Shown: positions 27,978 to 37,414 of the stretch, in pieces | Layout: every line of letters begins with the position of its first letter | How positions within the stretch are numbered: position 1 is the first letter of the stretch | Origin: a candidate division WOR-3 bacterium | Lineage (GTDB): Bacteria > Hydrothermota > Tepidihabitantia > Tepidihabitantales > Tepidihabitantaceae | Assembly (NCBI GenBank): GCA_965649225.1 | Contig: CBFGJX010000011.1 | Location: 1 to 64,000, forward strand | DNA: 64,000 nt | Direction: 5' to 3' | Notes under the pieces: model-generated | What the model was told of the DNA's origin: nothing | Database searches by the model: none | The model's input: only the letters and a program-made list of their open reading frames with translations | Program-made: the position numbers and the translations under genes

Positions 27978-30900
27978 CTAGAACTGCCCGGTGATGCGGA
28001 CTGAGAGCAGATGTGACGCGGCCGCGCCTGAAGGCAGGGTCGCGTCGTAGTCAAACTGGAGATACAGGAACCGCCAGAGGTTGAGGTTCACCCCGGCGCC
28101 GGGCGTCGCGGTCAGTGTTGCGCTGGCTTTGTCGGTCGAACGGCTGCCGCCGAGCCGCGCACGCAGGTATGACTTCTCCCCGACGCGGTACTGGCCCTCG
28201 GCCGCGGCCTTCACCTCGCCGCTCTCCAGTTCGGCCCTGATGTAGCGGTCAATCTCGCCGCGCCAGTTGCCGGTGAGTCTTGTGCGCAGGCGGTCGGTCC
28301 ACGGCCGGTTCCATTCGAAGTAGATGTTGTTGACTTCGGAGCGCGGGTAACCATCGGCCGAGCGCCGGTCCCAGACCGAGCTGAACCTGCCGGCCCGACC
28401 GGGTTCCCAGTCGACCTTGACCCTGTCCTCGACTGTCAGCCGCGTGTCGGGCATCGAGAAAAGGCCGCTGGCGCCGCGGTTGTACTGGCGCCGCGCCCAC
28501 ACCGACAGCCCGCTCACGGGCGTGAGCTGAACCGTGCCCTGCAGGTTGGACAGCGTTGCGACCGATGCGGTTTGGCCTGCCCCGAGCGGCCGCATGGCCA
28601 GCCACGGCCGCTCGAATCCCGGTTCGAGCCCGCGCAGGTATTCGCTGAAGCTCGTGCCTGCGCCGACCGAGAAGTTGACGACCGACAGCGCCGCGACCCA
28701 GCGGCCCGGCGCGATGTGCAGGTTGTTGAGCTGGGACGCGGCCAGGTCCAGCTCGCTCGCCGCGCCGCGGTACTGCCCGGCAACGAGGTCGTAGGACCCG
28801 GTGTAGGAGACTCCCGGCACGAGGTCGAGGTTGATCCGGGCCCGAACCTCTTCGCCTGACCGTGGCGCCGCGCCCGCCTCGAGCCAGCCGCGCCGCCACG
28901 AGATATCGGCGTTCAACGGATTTCCCAGACTGAAGTTTGCGTCGGCCCCGACCTCGGTGTTGCCCTCGGTCGCGCCGTCCGGACGCTCGAGCGCGTCGCT
29001 GCCCGCGACTGCGTCAACCCGCGCGCGCGCCCGGCCCCGTTCGGTACCCCAGCCCAGACCGGCTTTCAACCGGCGCTTCCGGTAATCGGGTACCGCGTCG
29101 GTTCCGGCAAGAGCCCAGACTGTTGCGATACGTGGGTTGGAGTAGCCGACCTTGCCCCACGCGTGACTCTCCTCTGCCCGCGCGCCCAGCGTATCGCGCA
29201 GCCAGTCGCGGTCGTATCGGCCTTCCAGCTTGATGTGACGCACCGGCTCCACCGTAATCCCTGCACCCGCGCCGTGCTCGAGCCGGCCGTACCGGCGCAC
29301 CTCGGCTCCGTACCCGGCAAAGCCCGGCGCATAGCCGCGGTAATTCGCACTGACACTCGCCGGGCCAATTCCGGCAGTCAGGTTCCAGACCTGGGCCCAC
29401 TTGCCCGCGAAATCGACCGCGGCCTGCGGCGCGACGCGCAGGCTGGCGCCGCGACCCAGGCTCGGTTGCCAGCGCGCCGACAGGTGGACTGCACTGGTGC
29501 TGTCCAGGTGCGTGAACCCGGGCGCGACCAGAAGCCCGGCAGCCGGCTCGAGTATCGGCTGGGCCGAAGCCAGCAGCCCGCCCCGACTGCGCGCGATTGA
29601 AGAATAGCGCACCTCGACCGCGCTGAACTCGCTCACCGCGTCGTCACGCAGGAAAAGCAGCGTGCCCGACGTGTAGTCAACCGCGTAGTCGGTGCCGCGC
29701 GCCATCGGCTCGCCGTCCACCAGTACGGTCTCGCTGTTCTTGACTATCGGTCGGGCCGAGAGCACATAGAACGCCGAGCGCGACTCGTAGCGGCATTCGA
29801 GCGTGTAGCGGCTCAGTGTGTCCTCATAGACCCAGACCGGGAACGGCCGCGCCGCCGGAAAAACCAGCCAGCCGAGCCGGTGATCAATTCGCCCCCAGTC
29901 AACCCGACCGTCACGGTCGTCATCGAGGCCGAACTCCACCAGCGGTCGCACGGCTCCCAGCGAGTCACGGATGGTCAGCTCCAGACTGCCCGGCACGATA
30001 TTGGGGCCGAGAAAGTAGGCATTCTCCTGTGCCGTGCTCGAGTCCCGGGCCTGCAGCAGGTAATCGTGTCCGTTCAGCCGCAACGCGATGATTTCGGAAT
30101 CGCCCCGCTGGGACAGAAACTGCACTATCCCAGCCTGGCGGTCGACAAAGTAATGAACTCCCGGCAGCAGCGGGTCGTAATCACCCTCGGTCCCGGCGAC
30201 GATGCGTCGCTCGGTATCCGGCCCGTTCGTCGCCGTGCGCCGGTCGTCAACAAGGATCGTGTCCGCCTCGCCGGGCAGCGGCACCACGCGCAGGCGATAG
30301 CGGACCCGGCGCGCAAAGCCACGGTCGGGCAGCGTGATGCGCTTCGCGGCCTTGCGCCCGGTGAAGTAGTCGCGCTGAGGAACCGACTGCAGCACGCCGC
30401 CCTGGGCGACCAGGCTGTGCCTGCCGGCACGCAGCCGGGCCCGGCCCCCGAGCAGCTGGTGCGCCGGCACGATGCCGTACTCGAAGTAATCCGAGTCCAG
30501 CAGCCCGGCGTCGGCCCGCGCGAGGATGTCACGCTCGGCGCCGCGCCAGCCCGCGCCCCAGGGCACGGTGCCGCGGTCGGTGTCGTCATAGAACAGCCGC
30601 AGGTTTCGGCCGGTCTCGTGCTCCGCGGTCAGCGCCAGGTTCAGGTTGCGGTACTCGCTGCGCCGACCGAACTCGCCGGGCAGTGAGAGGGAACTCGAGT
30701 AGTAGGCCCGGCCGGCCAGCCGCAGGTCGGTCTTCGGCAGCAGCCGCAGGTGCGCGCCGTTGTCGTCAAGATAAACCAGTCCGGCCCCGGCCCGCCCGCG
30801 CTCAAGCACCTGGCTGCGCCACGTCCCCGCCGACTTGTCCAGCACCGCGACACGGCCCGCACCCAGCGCGTAAACAAACTGCGCGTCCTCGTAACAGCCG

Positions 30901-31772
30901 ACCAGCGAATCAATATCGAGTCCGGTCGTCCGATTCCAGGTCCGGGTTGTTCGCTCGGCCCAGTCAAAAGCGACCAGCCCGGCATCGGTCGCGACCAGCA
31001 GGCCCGCGCTGCCCACCGTCAGGCCGCGCGCCGCGCCGAAATCCGCGTCGCGGAAGCCGGCCCACTGCCGGGCCCTCGGGTCAAAAAACCGTACCCGCCC
31101 CGCGACGATTGCAAACACCGAATCGCCCAGCGTCCCTACGTCACCGACATTGTCAAGGTTGTAGCGGGCGACCGCGCCGCTGCCGCGTTCGACTGCCAGC
31201 GCACCGGCCGTCCCGAAAAAGAACAACCTTGCCGGCGTCGCAACGATACGCTCGCAGCGGCCCTGGGCGCCGGGTACCGGCTCGAGCCGTTCGAACTCGG
31301 GCAGGTAGCGCCAGACGCCGCTGTCGGTTGCCAGCCACACCGCGCCGCCCGCAAGCAGCACGTCGCGGCACGGCAGCCCGCCCAGGCTCTCCCAGGTCTC
31401 GCTGAACTTGTCGTAGCGATACAGCCCGCCCGCCGCCGCCACCCAAACGTAGTCAGCGTCAAACGCGAACCCGCTGACAGCCACTGGCCCGGGCCGGACC
31501 TGCCAGTCGCGCGCCCGCGCGTCGGCCACGACCACCCCGGCCAGAGTCCCGGCCCAGAGCAGACCGTCGTCGGCACCCAGTGCCTGCACTGAATCCAGCT
31601 GTCCGGCACCGGCCGCCGCCCGCTGCCACACCCCGGTGCTCCGGTCGAATGAAAAAATCCCGCTCGGCAGCAGAAAATAGACCTGCGCTGACCCGGCCGG
31701 GTCCAGCACCACTGACCGGCCCGGCGGCACCCGGCCCGGCAGCAGAAGCGTCAGCAGTACCGCTGCAACCAG
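27978..31772 (-). CDS. Large outer-membrane protein: N-terminal beta-propeller + SprA-like region + C-terminal beta-barrel
   Basis: LWAGT/VWVA/VWLAT propeller repeats; IVKNSETVLVDG..RGTDYAVDYTSGTL and FGLD..IDHRLGWLVFP..PF; terminal Phe; probable CTG start gives signal peptide (M)VAAVLLTLLLP. Confidence 0.65.
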   Translation of the reverse strand: MVAAVLLTLLLPGRVPPGRSVVLDPAGSAQVYFLLPSGIFSFDRSTGVWQRAAAGAGQLDSVQALGADDGLLWAGTLAGVVVADARARDWQVRPGPVAVSGFAFDADYVWVAAAGGLYRYDKFSETWESLGGLPCRDVLLAGGAVWLATDSGVWRYLPEFERLEPVPGAQGRCERIVATPARLFFFGTAGALAVERGSGAVARYNLDNVGDVGTLGDSVFAIVAGRVRFFDPRARQWAGFRDADFGAARGLTVGSAGLLVATDAGLVAFDWAERTTRTWNRTTGLDIDSLVGCYEDAQFVYALGAGRVAVLDKSAGTWRSQVLERGRAGAGLVYLDDNGAHLRLLPKTDLRLAGRAYYSSSLSLPGEFGRRSEYRNLNLALTAEHETGRNLRLFYDDTDRGTVPWGAGWRGAERDILARADAGLLDSDYFEYGIVPAHQLLGGRARLRAGRHSLVAQGGVLQSVPQRDYFTGRKAAKRITLPDRGFARRVRYRLRVVPLPGEADTILVDDRRTATNGPDTERRIVAGTEGDYDPLLPGVHYFVDRQAGIVQFLSQRGDSEIIALRLNGHDYLLQARDSSTAQENAYFLGPNIVPGSLELTIRDSLGAVRPLVEFGLDDDRDGRVDWGRIDHRLGWLVFPAARPFPVWVYEDTLSRYTLECRYESRSAFYVLSARPIVKNSETVLVDGEPMARGTDYAVDYTSGTLLFLRDDAVSEFSAVEVRYSSIARSRGGLLASAQPILEPAAGLLVAPGFTHLDSTSAVHLSARWQPSLGRGASLRVAPQAAVDFAGKWAQVWNLTAGIGPASVSANYRGYAPGFAGYGAEVRRYGRLEHGAGAGITVEPVRHIKLEGRYDRDWLRDTLGARAEESHAWGKVGYSNPRIATVWALAGTDAVPDYRKRRLKAGLGWGTERGRARARVDAVAGSDALERPDGATEGNTEVGADANFSLGNPLNADISWRRGWLEAGAAPRSGEEVRARINLDLVPGVSYTGSYDLVAGQYRGAASELDLAASQLNNLHIAPGRWVAALSVVNFSVGAGTSFSEYLRGLEPGFERPWLAMRPLGAGQTASVATLSNLQGTVQLTPVSGLSVWARRQYNRGASGLFSMPDTRLTVEDRVKVDWEPGRAGRFSSVWDRRSADGYPRSEVNNIYFEWNRPWTDRLRTRLTGNWRGEIDRYIRAELESGEVKAAAEGQYRVGEKSYLRARLGGSRSTDKASATLTATPGAGVNLNLWRFLYLQFDYDATLPSGAAASHLLSVRITGQF

Positions 31773-31775
31773 AGA

Positions 31776-33281
31776 CTATTCCTGAATGAAACCGGAAGGC
31801 AGGTCCTCGCCGCTCTGCTGGCCGCAGCGCAGCTGGACCTTCTCCTCGGTGATATAGGACCCGGTGCGGCGACGCTCCTCGCCCATCCGCCACACCTGGA
31901 TCGCGGCCGGCCCGTCAACCGGGCAACGCGACTCGCAGACCCCGCAACCGACGCACAACCGCTCGTCCACGAACGGCCGCAGCAGCGTCTCGCCGTGAAT
32001 CGTCTCGTTGAACGCCTCGATGGCGTTGTACTGGCAGGCCTCGTCGCAGACCAGACACACCCGGTTTTGCTCCCACGCGATGCAACGCGCGCGGTCGACG
32101 ACCGCGGTGCCGATGCGCGCGTAGCTCTTCTCTTCCAGTGAGAGACTGCGTATCGCCCCGGTCGGGCAGTGCTGCCCGCACAGGTTGCAGTTCTTCTCGC
32201 AGCCACCGATGCGCGGCACCAGGTGCGGCGACCACGCGCCCTCGACCCCGGCCTCGAACAGCGCCGGCTGCAGGCCGTTCGTCGGACAGACCTTGTAGCA
32301 CAACCCGCAGCGCACGCAGGCATTGAGAAACTCCGGCTCCGGGATGGCACCGGGTGGCCGGATGAACCGGCCCTGCAGCTTCTTGTGTAACAGGCTGCGC
32401 GCGAGCGGCGCCAGCACCGCGGCCGAGCCGATCGCCAGCAGCGCCTGCCGGCGCCCGATGTCAAACTGCGCCGGCCGCGGATGGATACGATAGGCGATTG
32501 CCGAATCGGGACAGCCAAACCCGCAGCTGCCGCAGACGACACATTCGCCCGCGTCGATGTACGAACGGTCGGACTCGATTGCGTCGGTCGGACAGACCCG
32601 TTCGCAGGCCCGGCAGTGGTGACATTCCCGCCGCCATGCGAACTTGAACAGTGCAAGCTTGGACAGCAGCGCATACATCCCGCCCAGCGGGCACAGATTG
32701 CGGCACCAGAACCGGCGCTGGCTGAGCCCGAGCGCAAGGATGCCGCCGAACAAAGCAAGCGCCAGTGCCACCTCGGTGTAGGCCGGCCCCGAGTGCAAAC
32801 CCTTGGCGATGTAGGTCCATGCCGGCCAGAGCGCAACGGTCAGGGTGCGCTCGAAAATCACCAGCGGGTCCAGGAAACCCGTGAACGATGCGCCCAGCCC
32901 GGCCCCGGCCAGAAGAAAAGCCAGTGTCGCGTACTTGCCGTAACGCAGCCAGCGCGGCCCCCCGCTGTCCCGTCGCGCCACCGCGTCAAACAGGTCCACC
33001 GCCGTGCCCAGCGGACAGACATAGCCACAGAAAAACCGGCCCAGCACGACTGTCAGCCCGACCAGCACCAGCGCCGGCAGCAGTGTCGTCACGACCGAGC
33101 GCGCCGCGACGCTGGTCACCAGCAGCGCCAGCGGGTCAAACCGCAGAAACAGATTCTGCACCCCCGGTGCGACGCCGTAGCGTGCCAGCGCGAACAGCAC
33201 CAGAAACAGCCCGAGAAACAGCAACTGCACCACCCAGCGCAGTGCCCGCCACGCCCTCCTGCCGTCTCCCTTTTTCGTCAT
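31776..33281 (-). CDS. Membrane-bound polyferredoxin (NapH/MauN-like + NapG/MauM-like 4Fe-4S domains)
   Basis: GRFFCGYVCPLG, RFWCRNLCPLG, several CxxCxxCxxxCP motifs, IRPPGA. Confidence 0.9.
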   Translation of the reverse strand: MTKKGDGRRAWRALRWVVQLLFLGLFLVLFALARYGVAPGVQNLFLRFDPLALLVTSVAARSVVTTLLPALVLVGLTVVLGRFFCGYVCPLGTAVDLFDAVARRDSGGPRWLRYGKYATLAFLLAGAGLGASFTGFLDPLVIFERTLTVALWPAWTYIAKGLHSGPAYTEVALALALFGGILALGLSQRRFWCRNLCPLGGMYALLSKLALFKFAWRRECHHCRACERVCPTDAIESDRSYIDAGECVVCGSCGFGCPDSAIAYRIHPRPAQFDIGRRQALLAIGSAAVLAPLARSLLHKKLQGRFIRPPGAIPEPEFLNACVRCGLCYKVCPTNGLQPALFEAGVEGAWSPHLVPRIGGCEKNCNLCGQHCPTGAIRSLSLEEKSYARIGTAVVDRARCIAWEQNRVCLVCDEACQYNAIEAFNETIHGETLLRPFVDERLCVGCGVCESRCPVDGPAAIQVWRMGEERRRTGSYITEEKVQLRCGQQSGEDLPSGFIQE

Positions 33282-33304
33282 TAGAGCTTCGAGTTTGTCC
33301 TGCC

Positions 33305-33345
33305 GGCTTTGACTTTTGGCTCTTGGCTTCTGGCTTCTGACTTCT
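33305..33345. repeat. Short tandem heptamer repeats (TGRCTTY-like)
   Basis: tgacttt-tggctct-tggcttc-tggcttc-tgacttc at 33310-33344. Confidence 0.65.
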
Positions 33346-33388
33346 CCGCTCTACGTTTCGTCATTCGGACTTAAGCCGCGGCCCTGTC

Positions 33389-34309
33389 CTATGCCGTGAC
33401 CGCCTTGACCTTCATCTTCGCCGTATCAATCTCGCCCAGGCCCAGCTCGCTGGCCGCGACGATGTGCTTGACGCTCCGGCCGGTGAACGACTTGTTGTAC
33501 CACTGGGTCAGGCCGACCGCGTAGGAATCCACCGCCACCGGGTCAGCCCCGGCCACGACCTTGTCCAGTCGCACGGTCTTGCCCGGCCCGCCCGGCCCGC
33601 CGCTGGTCAGCGCCCGGGTTGCATCGACGATCGTCAGGTCCGGCTTGATGACGAGCGCCAGCTCGGCAATGGCCTTGTGCAGGTTTCTGATATGCAGATA
33701 GCCGCGGTCCCATATCAGCCCCATCAGATTCTTCAGCCCCAGGCTGACTCCGGTCGCCGAATGAGATTTGGCAGTCGGCAGGCTGATGAGCTTGTCGGCC
33801 TGCCGCACGGTTCGCGCAATCTTGACTTTCTTCAGCTCGGTCGCACCCGGAATCGCCACCTCCTCGTACTGCCGCTCCTCGTTTGGCGTCAGCAGGCTGA
33901 CCTTTTTCGGGTCGACGATGGCGCTGCTGATGCCGCTGCGGTCAATGCAGAGTTTCGGGTCGGCAATGGTGTGGTCGAGCAGAACGACCCGGGCTGCACC
34001 CGCCTCCAGGCACAGCTCGACGACCTGCCGGGCGACGCCGGCGCTGGTTGTCGCCCCGCAATCCGAGTTGGCCGCGAACGAGATGTTCGGCTTGATGACA
34101 ACTTTGTCGCCGGGCTTGACGAACTGGCCGATGCCGCCGAGCGCATCGACCGCGGCCCGCACCAGCTTCGAATTGTCGCCCGCGGCGACCGCGACGGTCG
34201 GCCCGGTTGTCGGCTGCGGCTCGGCCCCGAACAGCCGCCGCGGCAACAGCGCCGCCGCCGCGATACCGACGCCGACCTTGATGAAATCCCGTCTCGTAAT
34301 CCCGCTCAT
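33389..34309 (-). CDS. DUF362 family protein with Tat signal
   Basis: MSGITRRDFIK; VVIKPN, KSH..SLGLKNLMG, DPVAVD. Confidence 0.88.
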   Translation of the reverse strand: MSGITRRDFIKVGVGIAAAALLPRRLFGAEPQPTTGPTVAVAAGDNSKLVRAAVDALGGIGQFVKPGDKVVIKPNISFAANSDCGATTSAGVARQVVELCLEAGAARVVLLDHTIADPKLCIDRSGISSAIVDPKKVSLLTPNEERQYEEVAIPGATELKKVKIARTVRQADKLISLPTAKSHSATGVSLGLKNLMGLIWDRGYLHIRNLHKAIAELALVIKPDLTIVDATRALTSGGPGGPGKTVRLDKVVAGADPVAVDSYAVGLTQWYNKSFTGRSVKHIVAASELGLGEIDTAKMKVKAVTA

Positions 34310-34337
34310 CACCTTCTCCGCTTCATTGACACTCCGC

Positions 34338-34901
34338 CTACTCGGCAATCGCCTGCGCAACGTTCAGGCAGAACAGCTTGGCGATGTCCAGCGCCGCCTG
34401 ACTCTTGTCGAGGATGCTGACCGATACATAGAATTCCCGGAATCGGAAGTCGACTCGCCAGGCGAACAGCAGCGATTCGTCAACTCGCGCCTGGTCCCCG
34501 GGCGGGTTGTCGGTCCAGGGCGTCTCCGTGCCGGTCCCGACCACGCCGTAAACCGCCCGGGCGTTGCTCGAGTCGCCCATGTCAAACACCCGCAGCTCCA
34601 GTTCAACCGCCGCTCCCCCCAGGGTACCGGTAAAACTCTGAAAGGCACAGCGGACAAAGCCGTTGTCAATGTAGGGCTGACCCTCGCCGTCAATCAGGGC
34701 ATAGAGCCCGTCAGCGTTCTCGGCCGTCCTCATCGCCCCGGAACGAACCCAGCCGCTGATTTCGTTGTCGGTCGGCACCAGCTCGATGACGTCCTTCTTC
34801 ACCGGTGCAGCCGGCTGACATGCCACTGCCGCCAGCACAAGCATGATCGGCAGTCTCAGCAATCTTCGTTTGTCTGATTTTCCGGTAATCATATTCCTCA
34901 T
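34338..34901 (-). CDS. Lipoprotein (DUF6599-like)
   Basis: Lipobox AVAC; LYALIDG..YIDNGF, VFDMGD..A. Confidence 0.7.
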   Translation of the reverse strand: MRNMITGKSDKRRLLRLPIMLVLAAVACQPAAPVKKDVIELVPTDNEISGWVRSGAMRTAENADGLYALIDGEGQPYIDNGFVRCAFQSFTGTLGGAAVELELRVFDMGDSSNARAVYGVVGTGTETPWTDNPPGDQARVDESLLFAWRVDFRFREFYVSVSILDKSQAALDIAKLFCLNVAQAIAE

Positions 34902-34902
34902 T

Positions 34903-36222
34903 TCAACGGACTACGCTGACCGTCCGCTCCAGTTTCGCCTGACCGCTTTCCAGTCTCAAGACGTAACTGCCGGCCGGCAGACCGCGACCGTGCCAGTCAA
35001 TACTGTGGCGGCCCGGCCCGAGCATTCCGTCAAAAACCCGCTGCCGCACCCGGCCGGCACCATCAACCAGGTCCACACGCACTCTGCCGGCACGCCCGAG
35101 CGAAAACGACACGGTACCGCGCTCACGCAGCGGCTGCGGCCGCACGGCAAGGCCGGCGGCGGCCGAACCCGGCCGGCCCGGTTCGTTCACCCCGACGTTG
35201 ACCAGCCGTACCAGCTCGATATCGGTAGTACCCAGACTGTAAGGCGGCTGAGCCGCAGTGGTAATCTGCGCCGCGTTGAGCTGAGACAATCCCCGGCTCT
35301 GACGTTCGCTGTTGATGACCTGCTGACCACGGAAATCACAGGCAACGATATCCCGGCTCATGATCAGCACCTTCGGGTTGAAGTTCGGCGAACCGCCCGG
35401 CCCGCCGGAATACAATCCGAACAGCCCGTCGATGATGAAAAGCTTCTGGATATTGTTGGGTGTTATAACATCGCGAATCTGTTGATTCAGGGCCGGAATC
35501 GCCGGCGAACAGCCACTGGTGTGCTGCAGCCCGCCCGGATTGTGCACCGAACCGTAGTGATTCTTCAGACACAGCGTCACCACACCCTGCGAATGCGTCT
35601 TCAGCACCGCCGCGTCAATCAGATAGTCACAGAACTGCGACAGTATCCGGCTCGGATTCTGACTTGAACCGTAAACATTGAAAGTTACGCCGCTGTCGTA
35701 GCCCACGCCCGACTGGTCGGAACCGAAAACCCGCACCGTGTTCGGGTCCGAGCCGGTGTAGATCGTGTAACCGGAGCTGGATAGCTCGCTGTTGGTACGG
35801 TCCCAGACAATGACGTTATTGGCGCGAAAGGAAGTGCCACCCACCTGCATCCGCACCAGTCCGTTGACAATCGCGTTGACAACTTCCCGATGTGTCGGGA
35901 GATAGCGGTTGATGCAGTTCACCTTGATTCCAATCACCGAGTCGGCGGCAATGCCGGGGAAAACCGACTTCCACGCCTCACCGACATCGGGGATATCGGT
36001 CAGCGCTTTGATTGATTCGTCAACCATCGACCGCACCACCGCCTCGTTGATAACGCTGCCGCTGGTGGCATTTTCGTGGTAGCACTCGACCACCCGGCTG
36101 GCATCGCTGCCGGCCGGTACCGCTCCGCTTCGGTCGCCCAGCGCCAGTCGCGGCCCGGCGATAATCCCCGCCGCACCGACGCCGAGATACTTCAGAAACT
36201 CCCGCCGACTGATATCCTTCAC
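34903..36222 (-). CDS. DUF362 family protein with Tat signal and C-terminal Por/T9SS-type (FlgD-Ig-like) domain
   Basis: GGAGG RBS + GTG; ISRREFLK; IGIKVN, LKTH, LKNHYG; C-term PQP..DGAGR..LPAGSYVLRL..VSVVR. Confidence 0.82.
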   Translation of the reverse strand: MKDISRREFLKYLGVGAAGIIAGPRLALGDRSGAVPAGSDASRVVECYHENATSGSVINEAVVRSMVDESIKALTDIPDVGEAWKSVFPGIAADSVIGIKVNCINRYLPTHREVVNAIVNGLVRMQVGGTSFRANNVIVWDRTNSELSSSGYTIYTGSDPNTVRVFGSDQSGVGYDSGVTFNVYGSSQNPSRILSQFCDYLIDAAVLKTHSQGVVTLCLKNHYGSVHNPGGLQHTSGCSPAIPALNQQIRDVITPNNIQKLFIIDGLFGLYSGGPGGSPNFNPKVLIMSRDIVACDFRGQQVINSERQSRGLSQLNAAQITTAAQPPYSLGTTDIELVRLVNVGVNEPGRPGSAAAGLAVRPQPLRERGTVSFSLGRAGRVRVDLVDGAGRVRQRVFDGMLGPGRHSIDWHGRGLPAGSYVLRLESGQAKLERTVSVVR

Positions 36223-36321
36223 AAGAACCTCCGCTGCTGACATCTGGCCCGGCGCCGCCCGCTGGCACCTCGGCCCGCTGCCGCTGTTGCCGCAGTGTCC
36301 GGCCGGCACCGGCACCATCCG

Positions 36322-36394
36322 ATTATCCTGCCGCCGCTCTCCCGGGTCAAGCCGGGCCGGTGCCAGTTGACCATTTTCCGGCCGGGACTATAGT
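36322..36394. promoter_or_regulatory. Back-to-back promoters for the DUF362 operon (minus) and tatAC (plus)
   Basis: Minus: TTGACC-N17-GATAAT (36350-36322); plus: TTGACC-N16-TATAGT (36367-36394). Confidence 0.55.
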
Positions 36395-36460
36395 GAACTG
36401 TAAACCGGCGGGCGGGCTGATTCCGCGACCAGCAACGACCGGCCGGGAAAGGCATTGGAT

Positions 36461-36646
36461 ATGTTTGGCATCGGCTGGCAGGAAATCGTCGTCATCGTCC
36501 TGGTAGTCCTTTTGCTTTTTGGCGCCCGCCGCATTCCCGAACTGATGCGTTCACTGGGCCGGGGCGTGCGCGAGTTCAAGGAAGGAATGAAGGAAATCGA
36601 AAAGGACGTCCGGGAAGAAGACAAAAAAGACCCCAATCAACACTAG
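36461..36646 (+). CDS. tatA: Twin-arginine translocase TatA
   Basis: MFGIGWQE..LLFGARRIPEL.RSLG.GVREFK. Confidence 0.95.
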   Translation: MFGIGWQEIVVIVLVVLLLFGARRIPELMRSLGRGVREFKEGMKEIEKDVREEDKKDPNQH

Positions 36647-36673
36647 TCCGATCTGCCGCTGCCGCTCTCCGCA

Positions 36674-37414
36674 ATGAACCGGTCAGGGCCTGAAACGCTA
36701 CCGGCAATGTCGTTTCTTGACCACCTGGAAGAACTCCGCCGCCGCATCTTTTACTCGCTCATCGCCCTGGGCATTGGCGCAATTGCCGGCTGGTTCGTGT
36801 CCGCGCCGCTGCTCGAGCTTCTCACTCGGCCGGTGCAGAAACTCGTCTTCCTCGCGCCGGCCGAGGCGTTCACCACCCAGCTCAAGGTCGCACTCATCGC
36901 CGGTGCGCTCATCGCCGCGCCGGTCATCCTGTACCAGTTCTGGCGCTTCGTCCGGCCCGCGCTCCTGCCCCGCGAAGCCGGTAGCATCGCGCTGGCCGTG
37001 ATTGCCGGAACTTTCTTCTTCTTCGGCGGCTTCGCCTTTGCCTACTTCGCGGTCCTGCCGGTCGGCCTGAAGTTCCTGCTCGGCTTTGAGACCGCCAGAC
37101 TCACGCCGATGCTCTCGGTCGGCCGCTACACAAGCTTCGCCACCGGGCTGATGCTCGCCTTCGGCATCGTCTTCCAGATGCCGGTCGTCCTGTTCTTCCT
37201 CACCAAGCTCGGCATCGTCACCCCGCGATTGCTTTGGAAGAACCAGCGTCTGGCCATCCTCATCATCGTCATCGCCGCGGCAATCTTCACCCCGCCCGAC
37301 GTCATCTCCCAGATGCTGATGGCTGTCCCAATGCTCGCCCTTTACGAACTCAGCATTCTCGGCTCCTGGCTTGCCGCCCGGGGACGACATGCAGCGCCGA
37401 CAGCCGACAACTGA
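36674..37414 (+). CDS. tatC: Twin-arginine translocase TatC
   Basis: HLEELRRR, FQMP, TPPDVISQ, LYE. Confidence 0.96.
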   Translation: MNRSGPETLPAMSFLDHLEELRRRIFYSLIALGIGAIAGWFVSAPLLELLTRPVQKLVFLAPAEAFTTQLKVALIAGALIAAPVILYQFWRFVRPALLPREAGSIALAVIAGTFFFFGGFAFAYFAVLPVGLKFLLGFETARLTPMLSVGRYTSFATGLMLAFGIVFQMPVVLFFLTKLGIVTPRLLWKNQRLAILIIVIAAAIFTPPDVISQMLMAVPMLALYELSILGSWLAARGRHAAPTADN

